Below, in pieces: positions 1 through 12,596 of a stretch of DNA of 64,000 nt. Numbering within the stretch: the first letter of the stretch is position 1; every line of letters begins with the position of its first letter. The notes beneath the pieces are model-generated. The model did not search any database, was not told where the DNA came from, and saw only the letters and a list, made by a program, of their open reading frames with translations. The DNA comes from Tetramitus jugosus (Eukaryota > Protista > Heterolobosea): assembly GCA_937625935.1 (NCBI GenBank), contig OW569366.1, positions 310,001-374,000 of the forward strand, written 5' to 3'. A program made the translations under genes and the position numbers.

Positions 1-615
1 AATTCCTGCACCCATTTTTTGTTGTTATGATAGTTGTTGATGTTGTTGTTTTCGTTGGTTGTTGTTTGTTTTCGAACGAGATTCACACACTCACAGAGAG
101 AAAAAATGGTTTTGCTGGTTGCGCTTGGAGCGTTTCGTTACTTTTTACTGCTTTCACTGATGGTGATGAGAGTCAACAAGTGTGGAGTAGTTTTTTCGTT
201 ATGATGGACAAATCTTCGTATTCAGAGGCTCAATAGGGTGGTTGGCCTGTCGTTGGCGGCGTCTGTCTTCGCCGGGTTATTCACCGAACATCCTTTCAAA
301 ACGGATTTAATGACATGTGACAGTTTACAATGGCGGGACCTATCAGCAAAACAGCGGAGAAAAAATCTGACAAACGAGCGAGGGACCGTTCATGCGAACC
401 AACCAGCAAACTCTCTGATTTCTTCCACACATTGTGTGATGGATGATAGGATGCATTGTTCCACAGCTCAATGTTTTTGTGAATGGAATGGCTCCCTAAC
501 GTCACAAATATCAGTCGGAGTGTAATTCTCTCCGAGCTGAAACATAAAACACCGAATACACGCAAAAACAAAAACTCGGACTTTTTGAAAGAGCGCCAAC
601 TTCAACCTGCAAGAC

Positions 616-2190
616 ATGTCATTTTTGGATAACTACGTTGATTGTATGTGCATACAACAGTATTTTTTTGTTTTCTTGACAGTTCACTCACATTCTGATC
701 ACTTAGCGATTGACTTTCTCCCGATCGATATGCCAAAAAATTTGGCGTTGATGAGACAGTTGGATCAAGGATGCGCTGAACTGATACGGAGTGCTCATCT
801 ACAATGTGAAGCTTTCAAGCAACAACAAGAGTTGATGGATCAAGAGGATCATGAAACTGATGACGAAGATCATGATGAGAAAGAACAAGAAGAAACAACG
901 GCTGATCCGAGCCAAAGGAACAAGTCAGTAAAGAGGAAGAATAAGAGACTGAGCAAGCGTCAAGAACGTCTCAAGAATAATATCAATCAACAGTTACAGA
1001 AAGCTGTTGATATAAGTGAAGAAAAAGTTCAATTGTCTGTCCAGTGCTATGAAATGATTGACAAATCCATTCGTCGTCTGGATGAGCAATTAGCGAAATT
1101 TGCGCAACAATTGGCTGCTGAAAAAAATTCTGGTTTCGTGCCTCCTGTGGGCACAAACAGTCAACTCTTTTCATCTGATGCCATTAACACGCCTTTCAAT
1201 GAGAGACACTTGCTGACTGTGAATGTTCCTGCACACAGTGGGGAGTCCAGGGTATCTGCTCTCAAGTCAGCCACTTCACTGAGAAGTCCCGCATTGAGTG
1301 GTACAACTCGTGCGACTAGACTCACATCTTCATTGTTTGATTCCGATATGGATCAGAGTAGTCAAGACAGTAAGTCTACGGGATTATCAACAAGTGATGA
1401 GCAGTTGAGTGCGCAAATGGGATCTTCCACTGTTGTTGCAGGTGAGAACGTGAAGGAGGGAGAAACCCCAAGTAGCGGTCTCAAGAGAGGACCGAGCTCT
1501 GCTCGCTCCGCCAGGAGGCAGCACGCCACCAGTACATTGGTTGCGGAGGAAGCAGATGACATATTTGTTGTAAATAATGTTGTGACTACCCAGGAGACAC
1601 CTATGCTTGATATTAAGGTACAAAAGGCGCCCGCACAGGTGCAGTCAACTTCAAGCCAACCAGTTCAACAAAAGAGTAAGGGAACGAAACGAAGTAGAAC
1701 AGTTTCTAGAAATTCTGACGGACAGTCATTATCTCAGAGGAGAAGAATTGATCTATCTCAAGAGAAACTGCAGACTTCAAAGAGTTTAGCAGTTCCTCCT
1801 AGAGTGACCAAGGATACAGCCACACAGGATGATCATGCCCTGGTGAGTGCAACTCATTCAGCAGTCATGAGTATCGGTGCGTCCACAAAGGGACAAGAAA
1901 TACTTGGTGCTAAGGGATCAGTCATTGGTTTGAGAACGAACGGAGCTCAAAAAGCCCTCAAAACCAAGAAAAAGAAGGGTCATGTGGATATATTAGAAGC
2001 TGATATGCCTGTTGATCCAAACGAACCTGTTTATTGTTACTGCAGGCAGGTGTCTTATGGTCAAATGGTTGCTTGTGATAATGACAACTGTGAAAGAGAA
2101 TGGTTTCATTTTGGTTGTGTGGGGTTGACTGATGAACCCGAAGGCAAATGGTACTGTCCTGATTGTCGCAAAATTATGGGCAAAAAATAA
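616..2190 (+). CDS. ING family (inhibitor of growth) PHD-finger chromatin reader; probable in-frame intron 644-706
   Basis: Removing the GTATGT..TTAG intron at 644-706 gives the ING N-terminus [30 protein letters not shown]. Also has [15 protein letters not shown] and a C-terminal PHD finger [46 protein letters not shown]. Confidence 0.93.
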   Translation: MSFLDNYVDCMCIQQYFFVFLTVHSHSDHLAIDFLPIDMPKNLALMRQLDQGCAELIRSAHLQCEAFKQQQELMDQEDHETDDEDHDEKEQEETTADPSQRNKSVKRKNKRLSKRQERLKNNINQQLQKAVDISEEKVQLSVQCYEMIDKSIRRLDEQLAKFAQQLAAEKNSGFVPPVGTNSQLFSSDAINTPFNERHLLTVNVPAHSGESRVSALKSATSLRSPALSGTTRATRLTSSLFDSDMDQSSQDSKSTGLSTSDEQLSAQMGSSTVVAGENVKEGETPSSGLKRGPSSARSARRQHATSTLVAEEADDIFVVNNVVTTQETPMLDIKVQKAPAQVQSTSSQPVQQKSKGTKRSRTVSRNSDGQSLSQRRRIDLSQEKLQTSKSLAVPPRVTKDTATQDDHALVSATHSAVMSIGASTKGQEILGAKGSVIGLRTNGAQKALKTKKKKGHVDILEADMPVDPNEPVYCYCRQVSYGQMVACDNDNCEREWFHFGCVGLTDEPEGKWYCPDCRKIMGKK

Positions 2191-2291
2191 GTTTGGCGCC
2201 AGAACATAGAACTGTAGATAATCAATGGCGCGACAACTGACTTGCAAAAATATTTGCTATTCCTGCGGATTGAGAAGCCAATAAGTTGAAA

Positions 2292-4573
2292 ATGAATCGC
2301 ATAGGAACAGCAGCAGGTGGTCGATTAATGACTGCTCTACCAACAGCTTTTGGTGGTGGTACGATGAGAGGTCGACCTCCAGTCAAGGTGAAGGAGGGAG
2401 ACTTCACTTCGAGTGTCTATAGTTTGATCACTGAGCAAAAGTATGAGGATGTAAAGCTTATATTGCAAAATCAACTTGATTACTTTCCTGATAGCCGTGC
2501 TGCTCTTTCTCTTCTTGCTTATTGTCAGTACATGCTCCAAGAATTTTCTAGTTCGTCTGTAACGTACGTAAGATATCTTTCTTCCCATTGTTTGATTGAA
2601 CACATTAGAGTTCAGTAGGGATTTCTAAAATTTTATTCTTTGATTAGTTATGCGAGACTAGTTAAGCTTTATCCAGATGAGAAAAAGTACAAGATTTATT
2701 ATGCTCAATCTCTGTACAAGGCAGGACTATATCCTGAGGCTATCAAGGCCACCACCGGTATCGAGTCAGTGGAGCATACACAAAGAGTATGTTCATTGTT
2801 AGGACATCTGTCTTGTGTCTCAGAACAACACTTACCGTAACTTCTTTCTTAGCTTCAAAAACTTAAGGCATACATACACTATGAGGCAGAGGATTTACCA
2901 GCAACAAAGGCTCATACCGAGAATTGTTTACAAGATGATCCTGACACAATCGTGCTTCAGGGTTGTATTTTATACAAGGAAGGCGAATATGAAGAGGCGA
3001 AGAAGAAGTTCAATGAAGCATTGAACGTGCTAGGTTACAGGCCCCATATATCTTACAACATAGCACTATGTACATACAGACTAAAACAATACACATCGTC
3101 ACTGAAGATAATGCAAGAAATAATCGAGAAGGGTATACGAGAGCACCCAGAGTTGAGTGTCGGTAGTGCCAATGAAGGATTTGAAGTGAGAAGTGTAGGT
3201 AACAGTCAAATGCTGAGAGATACAGCGTTGATAGAAGCATTTAATTTGAAGTGCGCAATTATGTATATGATGAAGAATTGTATGTTCACATGTAATATCG
3301 CGATGTCAATCACAATGGAGACTAATCTTTTGTTTGAAACAAAGTTGGTGAGGCCAAGGATGCACTGAAAGACATGCCTCCGAGAACAGAACAAGAATTG
3401 GATGCAGTAACATTACATAATCAATCATTACTACAAATGGAGGAAGAACCTAATCTAGGATTTAAGAAATTGAAGTATTTGATTCAATCACCTCCTTTCC
3501 CACCAGAAACCTTTTCGAACTTGCTGATCTTGTATTGTAAGCACTCATATTATTACCTAGCAGCCGATATATTAGCGGAGAATGATCATTTAAGTTATCA
3601 ATTCCTATCACCTGAGTTGTATGATTTCTTGGAAGCTACAATAACCGCTCAAACGTCGCCCGAAGAAGCTTATCGAAAATTTGACGAGTTAGCAACAAAA
3701 CACGTTGATAATCTTCGGAAGTTGACTAAAACAATTCAAGATGCAAGGATCGCAAGAGATGGAGATTCGTTAAAGAATGCTATGAAGGATTTCGATGACG
3801 CATTAGAGGCGTACATTCCTGTCCTAATGTCTTTAGCAAAGATATATTGGGACATTGAGAACTATCCAAAGGTCGAAAAAATTCTTATGGAAAGCGAGGA
3901 ATTCTGCTCTGAACATGACGCCTGGAAATTAAACATGGCCCACGTTCTATTCATGCAGGAGAACAAGTTTAAGGAGGCTATTAGATTCTACGAACCAATT
4001 GTAGAGAAACAGAAAGACAGATTGTTGGATGTTCCGGCAATGGTTCTAGCAAATTTGTGCGTCTCGTATATTATGACGAGTCAAAATGAAGATGCAGAGG
4101 AGTGGATGAGAAATATCGAGAAGGAGGAAGATTTACTCAGCAAAAAGTATCCAGAGAGACAAAGTCTTCACTTGTGCATTGTTAACTTAGTGATTGGGAC
4201 ATTGTACTGCTCTAAAGGACATTATGATTTTGGAATAACCAGAGTGATGAAGAGCTTAGAGCCTTATAACAAGAAGATAATGACTGATACCTGGTTCTAT
4301 TCGAAGAGATGTTTCCTAAGTTTGGTAGAAACTCTGGCCAAGCACATGTTAGTCTTGAAAGATGCTTCCTTCACCGAGATTCAGACCTTTTTGGATTCAG
4401 CCGCACAAGTAGGAGACAAAATTACCACATCAATCGCTCCTAATGCTGCAGGAGCTCTAAATGCCACTGACACATCGTTGTTACTCGACACTGGCGACTC
4501 AAGAGAAGAGCGAACCGTGACAAACGAGGCGCGATTTTTGAAGATGATGTTCTTAATGTTGGCGAACAGTTAA
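2292..4573 (+). CDS. IFT70: IFT70/TTC30 (DYF-1/fleer) intraflagellar transport TPR protein; introns 2564-2647, 2787-2852, 3280-3344
   Basis: Motifs SRAALSLLAYC, YYAQSLYKAG, IIEKGIREHPELSVG, MPPRTEQELDAVTLHN, PPFPPETFSNLL, HLCIVNLVIGTLYC, DTWFYSKRC. Three GT-AG introns join the ORF fragments in frame. Confidence 0.95.
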
Positions 4574-4644
4574 TCAAGCCTGAGAGAAATCTCAATCTGT
4601 AGAATCTTTGTACAGTAAAATGCAGATTTCTGTGATTTATTATT

Positions 4645-7049
4645 CTACATTGTTCCTTCCACAAATAATAGATCGTCTATCAAATAGCAATATTCTGCTA
4701 CCTTTGGGTTATTTATGCCTAATGCAGTTGTTAACCGTTTGATCCTTTTGGAGTCACTCTGATCAAACAAGTTCTTTTCACTTAGAGCCTTTGCTTGTGT
4801 GTATATTCTCTCGAATTCTAGTCCGAACACTTTCTGACACTGGTTTCTGAGAAAGGTTACACGATCTGATAGTCTTCCAAATTGAATGTTATCATCTTCG
4901 TCGTCTTCTTCGCTTTCTTCTTCGTCAACTTCCAAATTCTCATAATCACTGTCATCCTCATCTTGAATGACAGGTTCTGATCCCTTCGCGGCAGCAATGC
5001 TCTTCCGTAAGTTTTCAATTTTTCGAGTTGCATGAAGAAGCCCGTCCTCAAGTTTGTGGATGAGTTCCTCATCTTCCTGATCTTCCTCGAAGGAATAGAT
5101 TCTTTGTTTTGATTGTGTTGGTTGGATCAATGGATAAGGCTGAGATGGTTGATATTGACGTGCATTCAGTTGCTGAGCACTTATCTTCTCCTTCTGAACC
5201 ATCATTCGACCTTCTTTTAGTCTTTGCATGTACTTCTCTTCCTCTTCTTGTTTCTTTCTCTCCTTCTCTAGCAATACTCGTTCCTTATCATTCATTGGTT
5301 TTGGTTCAATTTTTTGGATTGCATAACTAGGGACTGGAAGAGCACTTGACATATTCCGCACTAATCTTCTTCTAGGAGAATGGAGATTTTCTCCGTCGGC
5401 AGCTGAAGTTGAAGGAGCTGCATCTTTGGTATCAACACTCCCAGAGCCCTTCTTCTGAAGCGCGTCAATCTCGTTCTGAAGTCTCCCTACCTCCTTTTGC
5501 CATTTCTCCTTTGCTGCCATGACTTGTTTCAGGTTTTCTACATCTTGTCGGTATTTTGGGTTCGATTGAACTGCTTTGTGTATAACATCCTTTGGAGAGT
5601 TGATTACTTGTGGAGGTGGTTTCAGTTTACCTTCATAAGGTATTCTTAATTCTGATTCCCTTTGCCGTTTCTGCTCTCTCATCTCATGTAACTTGTTTGA
5701 TCTCTCTGCTATTCTCTTTGCTCTTGCGATTTTTTCTTCCTTTAACTTCTCTATTGCCATTTGATACTTTTGTCTTTCTCTTTCCAAAGCATTGATCTTT
5801 GCTTCAACTTTCTGAGCGATAGGCCTTATTCTTCGTGGAACATTAGGAGCTGGATTATGCAATGGTGTATATCGTTCTAAATTACTCGCGGCCGAAGGAG
5901 CTTTTGCTCGCTCAGATGGTTGATCTGAAATATTTGACTCGCTCTTCGATCTAACTGGAGCTGGAGGAGCTTCCTCAAAAGGAATACCCAAGTCTTGGAC
6001 TTGAAGTTTTAAGTTATTCAATTCAATCCTTTCCATGTCGACCGATGTTGTACAGTTCAGATTTTTCATCAATTCTGTCTCAAACTCCTTCATATATTCT
6101 ATCGCGTATTTACTGACATAACTCTTCATTATCTTCGACAATGTGGGCCGTTTTTGTGGATTTGTGTTGAGAGTCACACTTACAAGCTCCTTCATTCTTG
6201 TGGAAAAATTTGATGGAATAGGGCTGTAAATTCCTCGTATAATTTTCATAAATAACCCTGTAAGTAGATGATACATGCATTAGTTTGCAATGGTCGTTCT
6301 CAGTAGAATTTTTGAAGAAGTCGCTTACCATTCAGGTCTCTTGCGTTAAATGGATGCCTTCCTCCTGTGCACATTTCGTACAATATACATCCCAAACTCC
6401 AGACATCACTCTTGAATGAGTAAGGTTTGTTGTTGCAACACTCGGGGCTCATATACAATGGTGTTCCGATGCTCGTCTGAGCCAAATCGACTGTCCGATT
6501 CAATACTCGAGCAATTCCAAAATCTCCTAACTTCACCTGCCCTTCTTTCGTTAGGAACACATTCTGTGACTTTAAGTCTCGATGAAGAATCTTTCTATTG
6601 TGAATAAACTCCAGTGCCAACGTGATTTGGACGAACCTGAGTCAAAACAAATGCAACTATTTCATTAACATCCCGTCGATGTGAGAGAGAAACCAAAAAC
6701 AACAATAATAATGGTACCATTTCATAATCATAGACTCGGGAATTGTTCTCCCATTGAATTGCTTAAGCTTGGATGATAAATCTCCTCCTTCACAATACCT
6801 CATCACAATGCACAAATCTCGATCCTTATTGTCCAGGAAGCTATCTTTGTACCGAACAATATTTGGATGCTGCAACTTGCGTAGAAGAGCAACTTCTTGC
6901 TCCGCTGATTTCTTTTCCTTGGATGACAGAGTGTTTAGAGGTACTCTCTTCAGCACATAACGTTTCTCAGGGTTATTCTTGAGGTGAACAATGAATACTC
7001 CTCCGTACGAACCCTGTCCAATCTTCTTTTCTATGACATACTTTTCCAT
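4645..7049 (-). CDS. NIMA-related (NEK) Ser/Thr kinase with long coiled-coil C-terminus; introns 6637-6717 and 6258-6328
   Basis: [70 protein letters not shown]. Splicing restores [10 protein letters not shown] and DLNGLFMKI. Confidence 0.93.
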
Positions 7050-7584
7050 GGTAGCAACTCTTTTGTCCTAGGACTTGACAGTATGAGAAATCAAGGGTCA
7101 AATTGATTGAAGTCGGGTTTGTTGTCTCGTTGTTCTTCAAACCGCTTTCGCGCGCTGTAGTCGAGCGTTTCCACATGCACAAAAAGAGAGGAACAACAAG
7201 AGAAAACTGAAAGAATGAAACCAACACAAGTGTCATGAGTGTATAGCAAATAAAAACAATTCTTTTTCTTGTAAAAAAAATGAGTGAGAGAGAACAAGGT
7301 GCTTGCACAACACCTCACACAAGGTGCTGTCACCACCAATCATCCTCTACTCTCTCTGGGCGTTGTGTGCATGGGTCATGGTAGAAATAGCGCTCATCAG
7401 ACTTGTTTCATCTTCCTCTGTTCTCTATTTCTTGGGTGTAAACACAAACACCTCTCACACACGAGCGTGTGTTACTCTCTCCAAATCTTCATCCTTTATG
7501 TACAAATCAGAATCAAGAGCGTTGTTCTCTCTGTCACACACACTCTTTCTCTCCATCAGTCTCTTTCTCTCTCTCTCTCTTGAT

Positions 7585-8583
7585 TTATCTATTCTTGTAG
7601 AGACAAGGCTTCATGATGCTCAATGGATCAATCTTATCCACATCTAAGCTCGGTCTATTCTCATTCTTCCGATACTCAAAAATGACAAAATAGTGGTCTG
7701 GATTCAGCTGACTCTGCAAATCGAATCCCAACTTTTGCAACAGCTTCTTAAATGGTTCAAATCGAACGAACCGTGACTCCAGTTCCACAATCTTCAGTAT
7801 GGCACCCTTCTTGAGCACACGGTGAGCCTCCTTTAAATAATCAATAAAATTCGTTCCCATCAAAGATAGAGAAAAGAGGCCAATGTCTACACTGTCGTCA
7901 GGCAATGGAACATGAGCAATATCGCACACTGTGACTCGTTCATTGGAAGCGACTAGATCAAAGCTATGAATTGTTGTTTGTTTGGCTTCCTTGGCAATTC
8001 TGGCATCACCACAACCAAAATCAGCAACCACCAATTTTTTGGGCTTATTCTTCAACCAGGACACTAGGTTACTCACAGGGTCGAATGGCCACTGTTCAAT
8101 CGAGGATCGAAAACCATCGTGATAATCATGGTAGAGCTCTGGATTTTTCTCAAACATTTCTTTCGCTTTTGCACCAGTTGTCGTATACAATTGTTCATTG
8201 ATCATTCTAAATTTGGCACCAACAAGTTTCTTGCTGAGTGTGCTAATGAGTGATGATGATGATGATGATGATGAAGATGTACGTCCATTGGCTTGTGATG
8301 ATGATGAAGATGCAGATGCGGATGGAGATTTGTTATTGTTTGATTGTTGTTGCTTCTTTTGTGCTTTGATTTGTTTCTCCAATTGTTTCGATGGATTGTG
8401 TTGTTGTTGTGGTGGTGGTTGTTGTTGTGATTTCCGTTCGCCATGAGGCTTCATCTTGTGAGGTTGCTTCTTCTTGGCATGCCTATATTTTTTCGCTTTT
8501 TGTTGACGTTGATTGTTTGCAGCAGAGTTGGACACTGATGATGCACCATTGCTCATTTCATTATTCTTCTTCTTTATTACCAT
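7585..8583 (-). CDS. RRP8: RRP8/nucleomethylin rRNA m1A methyltransferase
   Basis: LVGAKFRMINEQLYT, YHDGFR, WPFDPV, VADFGCGDARIA, HSFDLV, LSLMGTN, terminal MKPCLYKNR. Confidence 0.95.
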   Translation of the reverse strand: MVIKKKNNEMSNGASSVSNSAANNQRQQKAKKYRHAKKKQPHKMKPHGERKSQQQPPPQQQHNPSKQLEKQIKAQKKQQQSNNNKSPSASASSSSSQANGRTSSSSSSSSSLISTLSKKLVGAKFRMINEQLYTTTGAKAKEMFEKNPELYHDYHDGFRSSIEQWPFDPVSNLVSWLKNKPKKLVVADFGCGDARIAKEAKQTTIHSFDLVASNERVTVCDIAHVPLPDDSVDIGLFSLSLMGTNFIDYLKEAHRVLKKGAILKIVELESRFVRFEPFKKLLQKLGFDLQSQLNPDHYFVIFEYRKNENRPSLDVDKIDPLSIMKPCLYKNR

Positions 8584-9055
8584 TTTCTTCTTGTTGTTGT
8601 TGTTGTTTGTTCTATCGATGAATCGAGTGTACTTTCTGTATCAAAAAAACTGTGATTTGATACTGTATCAATATGGACTGATGATGTGGTGTTGTGGGTG
8701 TGGTGTGAAAGTGATTATTCGTGGAGTGTTGTCTCACTGTGAGAATACAACGTGCAGTGCTGGAGAGACAAATTGGTTTTAACGCCTTTTTGTGTATGGG
8801 CGCGCGTTTTTTGTGTTGTGGGCCACAACAAAACATTTGATTCTCGTGTTGACTCGAAATCGTTGAAGATTTTGGTGAACGTTCCTGGAATTCATTTACA
8901 AATTGAATCTGTCATCGGCAAAATGACATTTTGGCGCGATCGAACTCGACTCGAACTGGAAGTACCAAAAGATCGTACGTCGATCAAAAAGGCTAAAGCT
9001 TCATCACAAAGACAAACCAAAGCATATTACATTTCACACAAACTCCAGAGACTAA

Positions 9056-10030
9056 ATGGTGAAAAATTTATTAGTGATTGACTACAACTCTTCCAACGAT
9101 TGGTACTCAAAGTTCAGAGGAAAAACACTCAGATCTGGCGAGAGTATCAAGGTAGAACAGGCTGGATGGCAGGATATCGTGATCGTTTCAAATTCGGATC
9201 ACGGACCACTCGTTACTCTGAAGCCTCCACTAAATGATGATACTTTGAGATGTCAACAGCACGAAAGAGACTTTGTACCTGATTTTCTGTTGATTCGTAA
9301 CTTTCCGTCGGCTCTGCATGGAGAGTCCTACCGCAACGTTCTCCTAGGCCTCATGTTTTCCAATGTACCATCTGTGAATAGTCTTCAATCGATATACATG
9401 TGCTCGGAGAAACCTATTGTCTATGGCTCACTCAAATCTATTGAACAAAAACTGGGACGTGACAACTTTCCAGTCATTCCTCAAATCTACTATCCGAATA
9501 TTCGCACGTGTGACATGTTTGTGGAACAGGAAGGCAAGACAATTCCGAAGTCATTCCCTCAAGTGATCAAGATAGGTACAGTTCATGCAGGTTATGGTAA
9601 GAAAAAATTAGATGACAAGTCTTCGTTTGATGACTTTACGACATGCATGGCCCTTCACTCCAATTACTACACATCCGAACCTTTCATTTCTCAGGTGTCA
9701 CATGATCTGAGGTTGCAAAAGATTGGAGATCACATGCGAGTGTACAAGAGATCTTCTGACTCGTCATGGAAGAACAATTGGGGTGCAATCAAGTTCGAAT
9801 CAGTGGAACAAGTGGAACCTAGGTACGTTCAGTGGATGGAGGAAGTTGGAAAGATATTTGGAGGATTGGACATGTTTGCACTAGATGTTATGGTTACCAA
9901 CGATGGAGGAGAGCACATTATTGAAATCAATGACAGTTCGATGGGCCTGATGCATGAGCATGAGCAGGAAGACAATCAATATATAGTGCAGCTGGTCATA
10001 GATTCCATGAACAAAACATTTGCCAATTAA
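9056..10030 (+). CDS. Synapsin-like ATP-grasp protein (C domain only)
   Basis: PDFLLIRN, GLMFSNVPSVNSLQSIY..EKPIVY, FPVIPQIYYPN, FPQVIKIGTVHAGYGK, EPFI, DLRLQKIG, WKNNWG, FGGLDMFALD, IIEIND follow the synapsin C-domain motif order. Confidence 0.88.
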   Translation: MVKNLLVIDYNSSNDWYSKFRGKTLRSGESIKVEQAGWQDIVIVSNSDHGPLVTLKPPLNDDTLRCQQHERDFVPDFLLIRNFPSALHGESYRNVLLGLMFSNVPSVNSLQSIYMCSEKPIVYGSLKSIEQKLGRDNFPVIPQIYYPNIRTCDMFVEQEGKTIPKSFPQVIKIGTVHAGYGKKKLDDKSSFDDFTTCMALHSNYYTSEPFISQVSHDLRLQKIGDHMRVYKRSSDSSWKNNWGAIKFESVEQVEPRYVQWMEEVGKIFGGLDMFALDVMVTNDGGEHIIEINDSSMGLMHEHEQEDNQYIVQLVIDSMNKTFAN

Positions 10031-10031
10031 A

Positions 10032-11792
10032 TTAGCAAAAGTTCTCTAATTTATATTCTGTTTCGGTGCAGCCAAAATCCTGCAACTCTGTAAATTGAGC
10101 AATCTTCACTTTGATGTGCTCTGGCAACCAAAGCCTCAAGGCTCTGCTATCCCTCGTACTTAGGTCATCTGTTCTAATAATCAATTTTTGAAGTCTAGTT
10201 TGACCAAAGCAAGATGGGTCGAGACGAAGAATCTTCTTCATTGTGTGTCTCATCTCATCTCCACAAGTCAACTTTCGAAGACTTGTGTTCCTAAGTAGCA
10301 ATCGAACATCCTCAACTACCCAACCAGATATATCCAATTCTCTAATGGTTTGATTATGCTCTAGTGCATCCAAACCATATGAAATGGGATAACCAATAAA
10401 ACAGGCACAAGAAGCACACAATTCTTGAATTGATGTGCTTGTCAATACCAACTTCAACGTGTCATTGTTCAGATTCACAAACCGCAATGACAAACGTTGT
10501 AAAGTACAATTCCTAGACAATAATCTGTATGCATCCATCGATAAACTCATTCCCTCGAGTGACAATGAAGTCAAACTGGGATGAGAACACACATCTTCCA
10601 CTGTCGACGCACTCAAATGTTTCATGTAATCTAAATCCAAACACTTCAATGAAGGAATACTCATGAAGTATGAAACCACTTGATCACTAGCCCCTGTTCC
10701 ACTCAGATCCACGCGCTCAATCGCAGACAAACCTCTCATGGCTTCATCACCACCATTCATATCTAACTGACTGAGATCAATCGACCTCAAGCACAAACTT
10801 TTCAAGTTTTTAAAACGATTCACAATGCACACAATCGAACGACTGGTGACTAATGGTGCCGAGTGAATGTAGATTGACTTTAGATGATCAATCGCATTTC
10901 TTACGACTGCAACTCCCATCATTGAGCGTTCCCTTTGTGAACTACACTCTCTCTTATTGTTCATCATTTGATCAATCCACGAAATGATAAATGAATCTGA
11001 TTGCAAGAATGCAATGCTCTCTAAATTAGAATTATTGGACAATAGATGAATGATTCGCCTAGTCATCAGTCCTTTTCTGTATGAATCATTCTCGTGATTG
11101 TCATCACTGCCATTAATATGACCACCACTACTCGTATTGGTTCCTAGATGAGTAGTAGCTTGCTCAGATGATGAACAGGCAGAAGATGGAGATGGCAGAG
11201 CCGTAGGGCTTTGAAAACTCACGACATCGCGAGTATTGCTCACAGCAGCTGCAGAGGTAGTGATCGTAGCTTGTGTAAGGTTTCCATCATTGCCACTCAA
11301 ATGACAATCAAAAGCTACACTACGGCAATTTTTTAGCGCGAAAACAACCCGCCACTTTTCCCCGTCAGTAAAAACGGTGCCACCAAACAACAAGTGCCTC
11401 GTAAGCAAATGGACCCTTCTCATGGGATCACTCCTAAAATATCCAATCTCAATGTGGTTCTTTGAGAATTGTTGAGTAATGGAATAAGGATACCAATGGT
11501 CATATTTTTCTGCATCCTTTGCTTGCATAGCAGCCATGTCATAACGACACGACTTGTTGCTGCACTTGTGATCCGCATGTTCATTTTTGTAATTGAAATG
11601 AGAAACAAAGTCAAAAATGTGTAAAATGACAGAGTGAGGCAAACAACTATATTCTGCCTTGAAACTGTTGAATGGAAGAATCGAACAAGTCAGTTTTGTT
11701 CTTTTCCAGTTCAAAATTGACTCTGTTGTGGCTATTGTAGTTGATTCATCATTGTTGTAGCTCTCATAAAAAACTTTGGATGTGCGCTTCAT
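10032..11792 (-). CDS. Leucine-rich repeat protein with N-terminal F-box-like motif
   Basis: LPHSVILHIFDFV near the N-terminus and many LxxLxL repeats (LKSLCL, LKCLDL, LTSLSL, LQRLSL, IRELDIS). Confidence 0.75.
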   Translation of the reverse strand: MKRTSKVFYESYNNDESTTIATTESILNWKRTKLTCSILPFNSFKAEYSCLPHSVILHIFDFVSHFNYKNEHADHKCSNKSCRYDMAAMQAKDAEKYDHWYPYSITQQFSKNHIEIGYFRSDPMRRVHLLTRHLLFGGTVFTDGEKWRVVFALKNCRSVAFDCHLSGNDGNLTQATITTSAAAVSNTRDVVSFQSPTALPSPSSACSSSEQATTHLGTNTSSGGHINGSDDNHENDSYRKGLMTRRIIHLLSNNSNLESIAFLQSDSFIISWIDQMMNNKRECSSQRERSMMGVAVVRNAIDHLKSIYIHSAPLVTSRSIVCIVNRFKNLKSLCLRSIDLSQLDMNGGDEAMRGLSAIERVDLSGTGASDQVVSYFMSIPSLKCLDLDYMKHLSASTVEDVCSHPSLTSLSLEGMSLSMDAYRLLSRNCTLQRLSLRFVNLNNDTLKLVLTSTSIQELCASCACFIGYPISYGLDALEHNQTIRELDISGWVVEDVRLLLRNTSLRKLTCGDEMRHTMKKILRLDPSCFGQTRLQKLIIRTDDLSTRDSRALRLWLPEHIKVKIAQFTELQDFGCTETEYKLENFC

Positions 11793-12596
11793 AAGTTGTA
11801 GTGTGTTTTTTTGGTGGTGTTGTGGTCGTTACTGGTGGTGATGGATTGGAAGGTCGTGTTGGGAGAAAACACAGAGTTGTTGACGCGTCAGTGTGACGTT
11901 GCTTGAAGTGTTTTGGTTTTTTATCTCACACTCTTTTCTGAACAGTGCAATCAAGAAGGAGTGCATGCAATGTGGTCCAATGACAACAAGTCAGGGATAA
12001 TGTGCGATATTCAAGTTGATCATAGAACCGGGCTTTACTCAGTTTGGGCTTTGATTTGATGAAAGATGATTGTCCGGTAGTCCTCGCTCGAGGCGTGATT
12101 TACAGTAAAAAGGAAGAAGAAACGTACATACCGTGTGGGCTTGTCAAATGTAAGCAATGCTGTGAGCTAAGTGTGAGGATCAAAGGGACAAAATCTTGTG
12201 TGCTTGTTGTTTCAGCAGCATCTTGAACCTCTAAACTTGAAATGAGTGAACAGAAATCGAATTCTTGCTTGATGAGAAAGGTGAGTGGTGGATTGGGACT
12301 AGCTAGTACTACTACTGCCCAATATTGGTACTTTTGACACAAGATTCTTGAATTGTCTTGCTTGTATAATATAAACTTGCTTCTATATCTTTACTTTGTC
12401 TTTATGGTCTTGTTCCGGCAGGCGAGAATAGTGTGTGTGCGGCGCACAGCACATTGTCAATGGATCCATTGTGTGGCAGGTCTGTGTTCCAGGAGAGAGA
12501 CAAAGAAGCTCTTGCGAATACGAACAAAACATCATTGGACACCAGGGAGTACTCTCGTAGTAGCACGTCAATGGAAGAGAAAACGGAGAGATTCAT

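Noticed and set aside
27-571. Short ORFs at the window start and the many short antisense or overlapping ORFs in the track
   Set aside because: No recognisable motifs; they lie in promoter-like DNA or are shadows of well-supported genes.
7285-7430. Minus-strand stretch with GAGGAAGA, CTGATGAG, GGATGA and hairpins, suggesting U3 snoRNA or a hammerhead ribozyme
   Set aside because: No U3 box A and no terminal box D. Hammerhead motif order and spacing do not fit, and the sequence is low-complexity intergenic DNA.
7540-8620. (CT)n, (GAT)n and (GTT)n microsatellites and the poly-His/Asp/Val shadow ORFs they create
   Set aside because: Ordinary simple repeats. The alternative-frame ORFs are artefacts of the RRP8 Ser/Gln tracts.
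2192-8940. E2F-like TTTGGCGC motifs upstream of IFT70 and the synapsin-like gene
   Set aside because: Short motif with few occurrences and also present inside a CDS (about 60020); cannot be supported without genome-wide statistics.
11881-11890. Palindrome TGACGCGTCA about 90 bp upstream of the LRR gene
   Set aside because: A single 10-bp palindrome is expected by chance in 64 kb.
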